From an uncultured Candidatus Peribacteria bacterium (GTDB taxonomy: Bacteria > Patescibacteriota > Gracilibacteria > Peribacterales > Peribacteraceae): a stretch of DNA of 64,000 bases. Shown piece after piece: positions 16,970 to 25,174 of the stretch. The translations under genes were made by a program, and so were the position numbers. The stretch covers positions 5,852-69,851 of the forward strand of contig CAZIQM010000001.1 of NCBI GenBank assembly GCA_964541635.1, read 5' to 3'. Below the pieces are notes generated by a model, which saw only the letters and a program-made list of their open reading frames with translations, made no database searches and was not told the DNA's origin. Numbering within the stretch: the stretch's first letter is position 1; each line of letters starts with the position of its first letter.

Positions 16970-17437
16970 TCACTTCGCGCCCTTCATCTTCTCGATCTCC
17001 TTGATGATTTCGCCGAGCGCGCCCTCGATTTTGTCGAGCGTGACGTCGTGCTTCTGGTGGATCGCCTCCTCTTCGTCCGCTTCCACCTGGATCTCGTCGA
17101 CGTCCTTCTGGATGTCCTCGACGTCATCGTGGATGTCTTCCACGTCCTCGTGGATGTCCTCGACCCGCTCCTGGATCACGTCGATGTCTTCCACCACGCC
17201 CTCGAGGCTCTGGGACTGCTGGTTGATGGCCATCTGGATGAAGATCGCGAGGTAGATGGCCTCGAGCGACACGACCGTCGTGACCGTGAGGAGGATTTTG
17301 TCGAAGTCGTAGCCGAAAAGCACGAGCGAGAAGCTGACGATGAAAAGCGCCGTGTGCACCAACAACGACGACACCGAACCGATCCAATCGGTGGCGGACT
17401 TCGCGGCTGCGTTGATTGTGCGTTGGACGGGCGACAT
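16970..17437 (-). CDS. DUF1003-like membrane protein with acidic heptad-repeat tail
   Basis: Two TM helices are followed by the IFIQMAINQQSQ motif, then VEDIHED/VEDIHDD/VEDIQKD/VDEIQVE repeats. Only the last 155 codons of the 784-aa track ORF look protein-like. Confidence 0.7.
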   Translation of the reverse strand: MSPVQRTINAAAKSATDWIGSVSSLLVHTALFIVSFSLVLFGYDFDKILLTVTTVVSLEAIYLAIFIQMAINQQSQSLEGVVEDIDVIQERVEDIHEDVEDIHDDVEDIQKDVDEIQVEADEEEAIHQKHDVTLDKIEGALGEIIKEIEKMKGAK

Positions 17438-17530
17438 GGCTCTCGGGTGAGCGCGCATCCTGCTCCGGCTTCGGGAAGGAGGCAACTTTTTGTCGGACGG
17501 AACGCGCGCCTTGCCGTACCATGCACCGGC

Positions 17531-19186
17531 ATGCCGACGAACGCGCGTCTCACCGATTGCCAGGCGAAGGCGCTCGACATCCTCGAGCGGCAGGGCAACG
17601 TGTTCCTCACGGGCGCCGCGGGAACGGGCAAGAGTTTTTTGCTGAACGAGTACCTGAAGGACAAACCCTCCGAGGCGTTCCCCGTCGTGGCCAGCACCGG
17701 CGCGGCGGCGGTGATCATCGGCGGCCGGACGTTCCACAGCTTCTTCGGCCTCGGGATCATGGAAGGCGGCGTGGACGAAACGGTCCAGCGGGCGCTCAGG
17801 AGCCGCAAACTCACGAACCGCCTGCTCGCGGCGGCCTGCGTGGTGATCGACGAAGTGTCGATGCTCTCGGGCACGACGCTGATGGCCGCGGAGCGGATCG
17901 CACGCGCCGTGCGCAACAGCGACGAACCGTGGGGCGGCCTCCGGATCATCGCCGTGGGCGACTTCGCGCAGCTGCCACCGGTGACCCCGGGCGCGACGCA
18001 GAAGGACTGGGCGTTTTTGCACCAAACATGGAAGGACAGCGCCTTCCTGCCGGCGCTGCTCGACACGGTGATGCGCTCGAAGGACGCCGATTTCCTCGAC
18101 GTGCTGAACTTCGTGCGCGCGGGCACGGTGAACGACGACGTGCGGGGTTTCCTCGACGCACGCACGGGCTACGCGAACGACGACACGGAAGGCACGCGCC
18201 TCTACGCGCACCGGGGCAGCGCGGACGCGTTCAACATGCGCAAGCTCGACATGATTCCAGGGCAGCCGCGGTCGTTCGAGACGCAGTACGCCGGCGACGC
18301 CCGCGCGGTCGAATCGGCGAAGAAGTCGATGCCGATCCCGGACGTGCTGCTGCTGAAGGAAGGAGCGCTCGTGATGATGCGCAAGAACGACACGAACGAA
18401 CCGCAGCTCTTCGTGAACGGGTCGCTCGGCACCGTGCGCCGCATCGAGGACGAACTGCTCGTGGTGGAACTCCTCACGGGCGACGTCATCGAGGTCGAGC
18501 CGCAGAAATTCTCGTACCTCGACGGCGACGGCAAGGAGCTCGTCGCCGCGTGGAACTTCCCCGTGACGCTCGCGTGGGCGACGACCATCCACAAAGCGCA
18601 GGGCGCGTCGCTCGATTCGCTCATCGTCGACCTCAGTTCGCTCTGGGAACCCGGCCAGGCCTACGTGGCGCTGAGCCGCGCGCGCAACCCCGGCAGGCTC
18701 TACGTGGACCGCTGGAACGCGTCGTCCATCCGCGCGGAACCGCTCGTCACGCGCCTGTACGACTCGCTCGCCGTCGAAATGAACGCGTACGTGCCGCGCC
18801 CGTTCTTCGCGTTCGACGCCGCGACGTACACACCCGACGGCGGCGATGAAGCCCCGGCGAAGAAAACTGGCCAGACCAAGCAGAAGCGCGCCCTGCTCAT
18901 CCGCGAGTTGCTCGCGGAGTGCGCGCCGCTCGACGCGATCGTGGCGCGCGCGGGCGTGAAGGCCGACCGCGTGCTGCTGTACATCGAGGAATTCCTGGCC
19001 GAAGGCCTGCCCGTGCGGCCGCAGTACCTGGCCGAACACGTGAAGGACGCCGGCCGGATCCGCGAGGCGTTCGACGAGAACGGGATGGACCGCTTGAAAC
19101 CCGCGTACGACGCGCTGGGAGGCCGCGTGCCGTTCACGACGCTGCGCGTGGTGCGCTGCGCAATGCTGGCGGAGGCCGCGGCGTGA
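17531..19186 (+). CDS. PIF1/RecD-family helicase with C-terminal HTH domain
   Basis: Walker A LTGAAGTGKSF, VIDEVSML, GDFAQLPPV and TIHKAQGASLD, plus a helix-turn-helix-like tail. Confidence 0.88.
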   Translation: MPTNARLTDCQAKALDILERQGNVFLTGAAGTGKSFLLNEYLKDKPSEAFPVVASTGAAAVIIGGRTFHSFFGLGIMEGGVDETVQRALRSRKLTNRLLAAACVVIDEVSMLSGTTLMAAERIARAVRNSDEPWGGLRIIAVGDFAQLPPVTPGATQKDWAFLHQTWKDSAFLPALLDTVMRSKDADFLDVLNFVRAGTVNDDVRGFLDARTGYANDDTEGTRLYAHRGSADAFNMRKLDMIPGQPRSFETQYAGDARAVESAKKSMPIPDVLLLKEGALVMMRKNDTNEPQLFVNGSLGTVRRIEDELLVVELLTGDVIEVEPQKFSYLDGDGKELVAAWNFPVTLAWATTIHKAQGASLDSLIVDLSSLWEPGQAYVALSRARNPGRLYVDRWNASSIRAEPLVTRLYDSLAVEMNAYVPRPFFAFDAATYTPDGGDEAPAKKTGQTKQKRALLIRELLAECAPLDAIVARAGVKADRVLLYIEEFLAEGLPVRPQYLAEHVKDAGRIREAFDENGMDRLKPAYDALGGRVPFTTLRVVRCAMLAEAAA

Positions 19187-19202
19187 GGTAGAGTGGGCGC
19201 AT

Positions 19203-19490
19203 ATGAATTCCAACACCATCTTCGTCCTCGCGAGCGCGGTCGTGTTGGTCGCCCTCGTCGTGTCGTTCGTCTGCTGGATCCAGGTCCACGCCAAAACGCG
19301 GGGCATGGCGCAAATGTCCGCCAAGAGCTTCGTCGCGTGCTTCGGCCTCTACATCGTGGGCCAAGGCCTCGCGCTGCTCCAGGGCATGGGACTCGTGAAC
19401 GGCTACTGGGCGGTCCCCAGCCTCTGCTACGCCGTCGCCGCGCTCATCTTCGCCGTGGGCTCGTTCCAGCAACTGCGCAGCCTGCGTTGA
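19203..19490 (+). CDS. small membrane protein (95 aa)
   Basis: Three hydrophobic helices. A TAGAGT box lies 8 nt upstream of the ATG. Confidence 0.6.
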   Translation: MNSNTIFVLASAVVLVALVVSFVCWIQVHAKTRGMAQMSAKSFVACFGLYIVGQGLALLQGMGLVNGYWAVPSLCYAVAALIFAVGSFQQLRSLR

Positions 19491-19494
19491 TCCG

Positions 19495-21384
19495 ATGAAA
19501 CGGGCGCTGCTCCTGTCGGCGTGTTCGATCGTCCTCGCCTCGTGCGCGGCAGGTGAAGATACGGCGCGGCCCCCGCTCGCGCCGCTCCCGGACCACGCGA
19601 GCGCCCAACCCGACTGGCACGCGATGACCGGTGCCATCGTCCGTGCCGAGATGCACTCGACCGTCGGCGTGCTACTCGACGATTTCCCCGCGGCCTCCCG
19701 CGAACGCCTGGAACGCGAACTGCTCGCCGAGCCCGCGTCGTTCTGGATCGAGCGCGCGAAAACGCAGATCAGGCTCACGAGCATGCGACTCGATTTCCGC
19801 AACGGGTTTTACCCCAAGGGCACCAAGTGGCAATTGCCGCTCCCGCCGGAATCGACGTGGACGGTGACGATCGACGGGCAGGTGGAGAAGAAAACGATCG
19901 ACGGGCACGCCGTCATGGCCGTGCCGTACTCCGTGACGACGTCGATCCTGACCGACGAAGCGTCGCCCGGGATCTCGGAGCCGTCGCTCGCGGCGGTCGG
20001 CGGCACGTGGCGCGAACCGTTCGTCTTCCCCGTCGATCCCCTCTTCGTGTTCCAGCGCACGGGCTACGCCTGCATCAACGAGGCGCAGTTCCCGCCCAAC
20101 AGCCACGACGCCGAGGAGTCGGATCTGTTCTACGACCACGGCTGCACGGTGGAGGCGCGGCTCTCGAACGTGGGCTGCCACCAAACCGCAATGCCGACGA
20201 TGTCGTGCGTGCAGGCGTTACAAAAGAACGTCGGGCGGGTCGAAACGGCCATGGTCTTCACGCGCGCGGCGTGGGATCCCGCGGTCGCGGACGTGCTCCG
20301 CTCCGGCACGGTCACGAACCCGGACGGGCCCGATTTGGAACCGGACCACGCGGAATTCCGCAAACACCGCTTCACCTACCGGTACATCCCGGCGAATTCG
20401 TGCACGATCGAAGAGCGGTGCGTCGGCGGACCCGGATGGCGCAGGCTCCTCATGTTCCCGACGGCCGACCTTAACCGCGGCATGAAGGACCTGAACATCG
20501 GCTGGGTGGATTACTTCCACAAGGACGGCGGTTCGACGCTCTCGGAGCACGGCATGTTCGAACTCAGCGAGTGCCACGGGCACTACCACTTCTCGCACTA
20601 CGGCACGTTCTCCCTCGACGGCGAACCGCAACTGACGCGCAAGAACGGCTTCTGCATGCAGCCCACGCAGCGCATCTGGAACAACGAAGCGAGCCCGCTC
20701 CACCACCCGTTCGTCGATTGCGAGGAGCAGGGCGTGAGCCCGGGGTGGATCGACGAGTACAAGATGGGCCTCGAGTGCCAGTGGCTCGACGTCACCGACG
20801 TGCGGCCCGCGACGAAGAAGCTCTCGTTCGTCAGCAACCCCGACGACATGCTCTGCGAAGGAACGCTCAAGAAAGACGCAGACGGAAAGCAGCTCTTCAA
20901 ACCGAGCGCGTTCACGACCACCAAGGGCACGCCGGTGGACCGGCCCGTTTGCGACGAATTCCCCGGCTGGAAGGACAACAACGGCTCCGCGTACGACGTG
21001 ACGGTGCCCGTCGCGGGCGAGAGCTACGTGACGCAATCCTGCGGGATCGGGCACGACGGCCTCCTGCGCAACTGCGGCTTCACGAACGAGAAAGACCTCC
21101 TCGGGTGCGACGTGCCGGGAAAGACGATGGTCGCCGACTGCACGACCGACGCCGCGACGCCGCAGGTCGTGCGCTTCTGCGAAGGGAGCCGCGCCCTGGG
21201 CCACGGCATTCCCTGCACGGAGGGCGACGCGCTCGCGACGGCGGTGGTCGACGGCTCCGCGCGCGTGACCTTCACCTGCCCCGCCGCGCGCGACGCCGTG
21301 GAAATCGGCGGAGTGTACGGGATGATGCACGCTCCGCTTTTCGTGGGAGACGAATCCGAAACGGTGACGTGCACGGTGCGGTGA
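19495..21384 (+). CDS. lipoprotein with a lysyl-oxidase-like copper amine oxidase domain
   Basis: Lipobox LLLSAC. ECHGHYHFSHYG compares with the LOX motif CHQHYHSMDEFSHY. RKNGFCMQP, SPGWIDEYK and ECQWLDVTDV compare with LOX HKASFCLED, SPGCYDTY and CQWIDITDV. Confidence 0.75.
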   Translation: MKRALLLSACSIVLASCAAGEDTARPPLAPLPDHASAQPDWHAMTGAIVRAEMHSTVGVLLDDFPAASRERLERELLAEPASFWIERAKTQIRLTSMRLDFRNGFYPKGTKWQLPLPPESTWTVTIDGQVEKKTIDGHAVMAVPYSVTTSILTDEASPGISEPSLAAVGGTWREPFVFPVDPLFVFQRTGYACINEAQFPPNSHDAEESDLFYDHGCTVEARLSNVGCHQTAMPTMSCVQALQKNVGRVETAMVFTRAAWDPAVADVLRSGTVTNPDGPDLEPDHAEFRKHRFTYRYIPANSCTIEERCVGGPGWRRLLMFPTADLNRGMKDLNIGWVDYFHKDGGSTLSEHGMFELSECHGHYHFSHYGTFSLDGEPQLTRKNGFCMQPTQRIWNNEASPLHHPFVDCEEQGVSPGWIDEYKMGLECQWLDVTDVRPATKKLSFVSNPDDMLCEGTLKKDADGKQLFKPSAFTTTKGTPVDRPVCDEFPGWKDNNGSAYDVTVPVAGESYVTQSCGIGHDGLLRNCGFTNEKDLLGCDVPGKTMVADCTTDAATPQVVRFCEGSRALGHGIPCTEGDALATAVVDGSARVTFTCPAARDAVEIGGVYGMMHAPLFVGDESETVTCTVR

Positions 21385-21400
21385 CGCCTTGCCGCGACCC

Positions 21401-21637
21401 TCACTTCCCCCACCGCCACCGCGGCTTCTCGCCCGTGTACCAACACAGCAGGAGCAGCGCCCCCGTGGAGAGGCCGACGTCTGCGAGGAAATACCACGGC
21501 TGCGTTTCGGTGTCCCAGCGGATGAACGCGCCCACGAAGAAGACGGTCCACACGAGCATCGCGAACCATCCTTGCCACGTCGAAGGATACCATCCGTACC
21601 CGTACCGTTTCGCCTTGAACCATACGTGTCGCGCCAT
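21401..21637 (-). CDS. small Trp-rich membrane protein (78 aa)
   Basis: Two TM helices and protein-like composition. Confidence 0.55.
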   Translation of the reverse strand: MARHVWFKAKRYGYGWYPSTWQGWFAMLVWTVFFVGAFIRWDTETQPWYFLADVGLSTGALLLLCWYTGEKPRWRWGK

Positions 21638-21726
21638 GAGAATGAGTATATGAAATCCGTCCTCACAAGCATAGGCGCCGCGCTCGGCATCCCGACGGGA
21701 TGGATCGGCGGCCGGCTCGCCCGCAT

Positions 21727-22026
21727 ATGAACGCGCTGCTGCTCCGCCATCGGATCGTCCTCGCCTACGTCGTCGTCTGCACGGCGCTGTACGTCGCGGG
21801 CGTCATCGACTGTTGGGGCGTCCACGACGGATTCCTGTGCGGGTACGACTACCTCCGCGCCGCGTTCTTCCTGACCTGCCCGGCGTCGTACGGATTGCTC
21901 GTCCTGACGCAGGCGCTCCCCGGCGTCCCGCTGTCGGACCACGCCTTCGCCGCGGGCGCCGTCGCGATCAACGCCCTGTTGCTCGGGGGCGCCATCGAGT
22001 GGCTCAAGCGGCTCCGCTCCCGATGA
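21727..22026 (+). CDS. small membrane protein
   Basis: MNALLLRHRIVLAYVVVCTALYVAG... with 3 hydrophobic helices. The start is uncertain (21700 or 21727). Confidence 0.5.
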   Translation: MNALLLRHRIVLAYVVVCTALYVAGVIDCWGVHDGFLCGYDYLRAAFFLTCPASYGLLVLTQALPGVPLSDHAFAAGAVAINALLLGGAIEWLKRLRSR

Positions 22027-22176
22027 CCCTTTTTTCGACCGGGGAAAGGCGTACCATGTCGCGCCGGCACCCGGTTTTTCACAACGCACCGATGCAGGGA
22101 GCACCCTGGCACTCTCCACGTTTTTCGGGAGGGGGCCAGCGCCCCTCCCTACACCTCTCCGCGAAAGGAATCTCGT

Positions 22177-22545
22177 ATGACGACCGCCGTCGCTGCGGAC
22201 CCCGGGACGATCACGCTCACGTGGCCGGGGGTAGAACATTCGCTCGAACTCAGTGAACGCGAGGCCGGCATCCATGCCGCGCTGAACGTCATCAAGCCCA
22301 ACGGGCGGCAAAAGCTCGAGTTCGATCTCCCGCCCAACGTCTCGCTCGACCACGTCCGCAAGGCATGGAAAGAGCAAGGCGAGAAATGGGAAGACCTCTA
22401 CGTCCTCAAGGGCGCTCCCGTCTTCCTCGCCGTCCGGGTGATCCGCTTGGATCCCCACGGCGGCATCTTCTGGTTCGTCCACCACGTGGACAACGCGCCG
22501 GACGACCGATGCTTCTTCACGCCGATCGGCACGAAGATCCCGTAA
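22177..22545 (+). CDS. hypothetical protein (122 aa)
   Basis: Protein-like ORF followed by a clean hairpin terminator. Confidence 0.65.
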   Translation: MTTAVAADPGTITLTWPGVEHSLELSEREAGIHAALNVIKPNGRQKLEFDLPPNVSLDHVRKAWKEQGEKWEDLYVLKGAPVFLAVRVIRLDPHGGIFWFVHHVDNAPDDRCFFTPIGTKIP

Positions 22546-22583
22546 TGACCTCACCCGCGCAGCGGGTACGAGGGGCACACACC

Positions 22584-22608
22584 GGAGGCAAACCACGCGT
22601 TTGCCTCC
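22584..22608 (+). terminator. intrinsic terminator
   Basis: GGAGGCAAAC-cacgc-GTTTGCCTCC, followed by ATTTCCACGTTTT. Confidence 0.7.
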
Positions 22609-22636
22609 ATTTCCACGTTTTCACGACCAGGGATAT

Positions 22637-22664
22637 TTGACATATGTAATAAATGTATTAATAT
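22637..22664 (+). promoter_or_regulatory. near-consensus sigma70-type promoter
   Basis: TTGACA-N16-TAATAT in an AT-rich context. Confidence 0.6.
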
Positions 22665-22667
22665 GCA

Positions 22668-22864
22668 CGCAGTTGTTCTCTCTCATTCGCACGTTGCAGC
22701 CGACACCGGCGCGGATTCCATCGAGATCCACGCTTCGCTCGTCGACCAGGGGTCGACCAGCACAACAATACGAACGAGAACGATTACGGGATCGATGAGG
22801 CCCGCGCCCGTCAGAACGTATCTGACAATGACCCCGCACGTACCAACGTGCGGGGTTCTTTTTT
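22668..22864 (+). ncRNA. candidate structured small RNA (~200 nt, rod-like, 6S-like shape), class unassigned
   Basis: It lies between a consensus promoter and a strong terminator (ACCCCGCACG-taccaa-CGTGCGGGGT-TCTTTTTT). No credible ORF is present. Long-range pairing: GGCGCGG/CCGCGCC, CATCGA/TCGATG, CATT/AATG, and an apical GTCGACC-agg-GGTCGAC. Confidence 0.45.
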
Positions 22865-22875
22865 GCTTTGAATAC

Positions 22876-23394
22876 TTAACTCTTCCATCCTTCCGACGGC
22901 TCATCAAATTGTCTTTTCGTGTAGTTCCCGCCGATTTCCTTCGAAGCAATTTGCGACAACTTGTGAAGCTGCTGATCCAGGGAGCGCTGCCCCCGGAAAT
23001 CAGCGATCTCAAACTCCGCCTCGAAGTCTTCCCCGGTCACCGTGTTCCATGCAGTAACGGCGGCGGCGGACGCAACTTCCCGAAGGGCGTTTTCGACTTC
23101 CGTACGCAGGTGCGGATCGCGTTCCCACTGGCTCAGCTCAGGCGATTGTAGAACGTTCTCCGGCCGCAGTTGTAGCCACCAATCCGGATTTCCTTGATCC
23201 GATAATACGGAAATAAGTTTTTCTTTTATTTTCTCCTGCAAAGCAATCGCGGGCTCGATGCCTCGTTCGCGCATTATCGCAACGTGATCGGGCTTTGCCA
23301 CGACGTCTTCCGTTGCTTGCAACGGCTCAATCGCTACTCCCCGCTCGAAGAGAGCCGGAAATACGGTCTGTAGCTTCATAATAATATTATACAA
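22876..23394 (-). CDS. hypothetical protein (172 aa)
   Basis: Protein-like ORF with intermediate GC. No family recognised. Confidence 0.6.
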   Translation of the reverse strand: MYNIIMKLQTVFPALFERGVAIEPLQATEDVVAKPDHVAIMRERGIEPAIALQEKIKEKLISVLSDQGNPDWWLQLRPENVLQSPELSQWERDPHLRTEVENALREVASAAAVTAWNTVTGEDFEAEFEIADFRGQRSLDQQLHKLSQIASKEIGGNYTKRQFDEPSEGWKS

Positions 23395-23438
23395 TAATTA
23401 CTGTATTTGATAAATACTTCAAATAAACGTTCAACCGC

Positions 23439-23840
23439 TTATTGGGCGGCGTTCGGGTTCATCCACGTGAGTCCCCATCCGTGGCCATCAAGGTCGTAGA
23501 ACGCACCCTGGTACATGAAACCGTGGTCTTCGAATTCGTGCGCCTGCGATCCCCCGGCGGCGATCGCCTTCTTCACCATCTCGTCGACTTCTTCCCGGCT
23601 CTCGCAGTTCACGCTCATGAGCACGTTGCATGCCTTTTCGGGCTCGATGTACGGCCGGGGCGAGATCTGCGCGAACTGTTCCTTCGACCCGAGCATGAGG
23701 GACGTCTTGTCGTTCAACACCACGCAGCACGCGGAACCGTCGGCGAACCGCGGATCCCGCGCGAACCCGACCGCCTCGTAGAACGCCAACGACTTCGCCG
23801 GATCGGCGACGGGGAGGGTGATGAACATGCTCGTGACCAT
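23439..23840 (-). CDS. VOC/glyoxalase-bleomycin-resistance family protein
   Basis: MFITLPVADPAKSLAFYEAVGF...FYDLDGHGWGLTWMNP is typical of the paired beta-alpha-beta-beta-beta fold. Confidence 0.8.
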   Translation of the reverse strand: MVTSMFITLPVADPAKSLAFYEAVGFARDPRFADGSACCVVLNDKTSLMLGSKEQFAQISPRPYIEPEKACNVLMSVNCESREEVDEMVKKAIAAGGSQAHEFEDHGFMYQGAFYDLDGHGWGLTWMNPNAAQ

Positions 23841-23888
23841 GGGATGAGGGGAAAGGATTATTAGGATAATTGGCGACGAGTGATGGTT

Positions 23889-24911
23889 TTAGCATCCGAT
23901 AAGGTGCCTCTCTACTTTATCTATTTCTTTCATAGAATAAAACTTTGTGGGAAGCTTTATGAATTCAGATTGCAGAGGATCCATGTTAATTAATGAGAAC
24001 CAATTATGATCAATCAGCATCACATCACAGTAAGGTGCGAAGTGCGAAATAATATCAATATCAGCAAAATCACTACCCTCTGGAAGACTGTTATATAAAT
24101 CTTTGGGAGAAAGTTTGCGAGCACGTTCCGACCACATTTTTAAACTGAGTGCTACACATGGAACATGATTCTTTATGTTAGGATCTCTCAAAATGTAACA
24201 AACAGTCCTAAGACGGTTGAGTACAGGAATATGTGAGATTTCTTCACATCTCAATATTTCATCGATGAGCTGAATATATTCATCAGGCACCTCTTCAATG
24301 TCTTTGTGTGGAATTCCGAAAACTGAATATGAAATATAATGAATCACAGCTCGTTCAATCACCCTTGTGTAGCCCGAAAATTCTTCATCGATGTAATCAT
24401 CGAAACTTTTTCCTTCTTCCTTTGCACTGATCCATCGTTTTGTTAACTCAGACAAATTCCGCTCGGCCTCTTTCCTCGTCTGTCGAATCCCTTCTATGTA
24501 ACGACTTTCCGCAGAAATATTTATATGTTTGTAAGCTTTGGTAACATCTTTAAAATCAATATTTTTAACGGTCTTTTGAAAAATTTGCTTTTGTAAATAT
24601 TCCTTAAACTGAAGAGTAAATATACGACTCGAATTCAAAAATTCTTTTTCACAAAGTTCATTGCAAACGTTCAATATTGGATCCGCTAATGCACCCGCAA
24701 GCGCAGACTCTTCACGATGGGATCTGGAAAAGGGAATGATTATTTTCCCTTCATCTTTCTTAGATTTTATTAGCACATATATATGCCTCCATTTCTTAAG
24801 CCATTCTTCTTTGTCTGTTAATGACATTTTTCCTCGTATCAGATGTGGGTTTTGAGCTTTTGCGAAATTACTCATCCACCCCTGATCTAGATAGATAACC
24901 TGCGATTCCAT
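23889..24911 (-). CDS. AT-rich orphan protein (340 aa); a PIN-like nuclease fold is only a weak guess
   Basis: GC is roughly 35-40% versus >60% in the surroundings. N-terminal VIYLDQGW and C-terminal DFADIDIISHFAPYCDVMLIDHNW resemble the acidic strands of PIN-like domains. ATG at 24911. Confidence 0.7.
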   Translation of the reverse strand: MESQVIYLDQGWMSNFAKAQNPHLIRGKMSLTDKEEWLKKWRHIYVLIKSKKDEGKIIIPFSRSHREESALAGALADPILNVCNELCEKEFLNSSRIFTLQFKEYLQKQIFQKTVKNIDFKDVTKAYKHINISAESRYIEGIRQTRKEAERNLSELTKRWISAKEEGKSFDDYIDEEFSGYTRVIERAVIHYISYSVFGIPHKDIEEVPDEYIQLIDEILRCEEISHIPVLNRLRTVCYILRDPNIKNHVPCVALSLKMWSERARKLSPKDLYNSLPEGSDFADIDIISHFAPYCDVMLIDHNWFSLINMDPLQSEFIKLPTKFYSMKEIDKVERHLIGC

Positions 24912-24947
24912 CACTAGATATTAGCAGCACTGAGAAGCTATCAGGAT

Positions 24948-25003
24948 TGGCTGGGGAGGAGGGATTCGACTCCCCAATGCACGAACGGATGATAGCCTCC
25001 CCT
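24948..25003 (-). other. tRNA-like minihelix (acceptor stem + T arm + G + CCA) lacking D and anticodon arms
   Basis: The minus strand reads AGGGGAG-(21 nt)-GGGGA-GTCGAAT-CCCTC-CTCCCCA-G-CCA, with canonical T-loop and acceptor spacing. It lies 36 nt upstream of the AT-rich ORF. Confidence 0.35.
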
Positions 25004-25145
25004 ATTGTAGCGCAAAGCCCGTTTTTCCGTGAGCTGAAGCCCAAAGACGTGATTCTTTGACATTCGGAGGTTTCGAAACCGCATTAAACCATTCAAAGCA
25101 CTAATTTGCCGCTTCTTTGCCATGTTTGAGGTACCCCACAAATAG

Positions 25146-25174
25146 TTGACAAGATTATATTACTATGACATGAT
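25146..25174 (+). promoter_or_regulatory. candidate promoter of giant surface protein gene 1
   Basis: TTGACA-N17-CATGAT, followed by a CT-rich leader. Confidence 0.4.

Noticed and set aside
16970-22596. 784-aa (16970-19324) and 792-aa (20218-22596) minus-strand ORFs; also the 382-aa (14050-15198) and 518-aa (9165-10721) ORFs taken at full length
   Set aside because: Only the terminal portions carry protein-like sequence (the DUF1003-like protein, the small lipoprotein and miaA). The remainder is antisense to the Pif1, LOX-like, aquaporin or clpP genes and is Arg/Gly/His-rich noise.
22668-22864. Assignment of the candidate ncRNA to SRP RNA or RNase P RNA
   Set aside because: It has no GGAA/GNAR tetraloop with the flanking AGCA/GGAAGCAGC helix-8 signature, and it is far too short for RNase P RNA. 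The class is left unassigned (6S-like shape only).
22663-23151. 162-aa plus-strand ORF starting just after the consensus promoter
   Set aside because: It reads straight through a strong intrinsic terminator and into the antisense of the 22876-23394 gene. Its composition is not protein-like. The region is better explained as a non-coding RNA.
24941-25141. 66-aa basic ORF, and the alternative idea that the region is a tmRNA (ssrA)
   Set aside because: The ORF has no start context and overlaps the tRNA-like element. For tmRNA, the region is too short (about 200 nt). I found no convincing 5' acceptor partner with a G3-U pair, and no tag reading frame ending in a typical ..AA stop. It was kept only as a tRNA-like minihelix.
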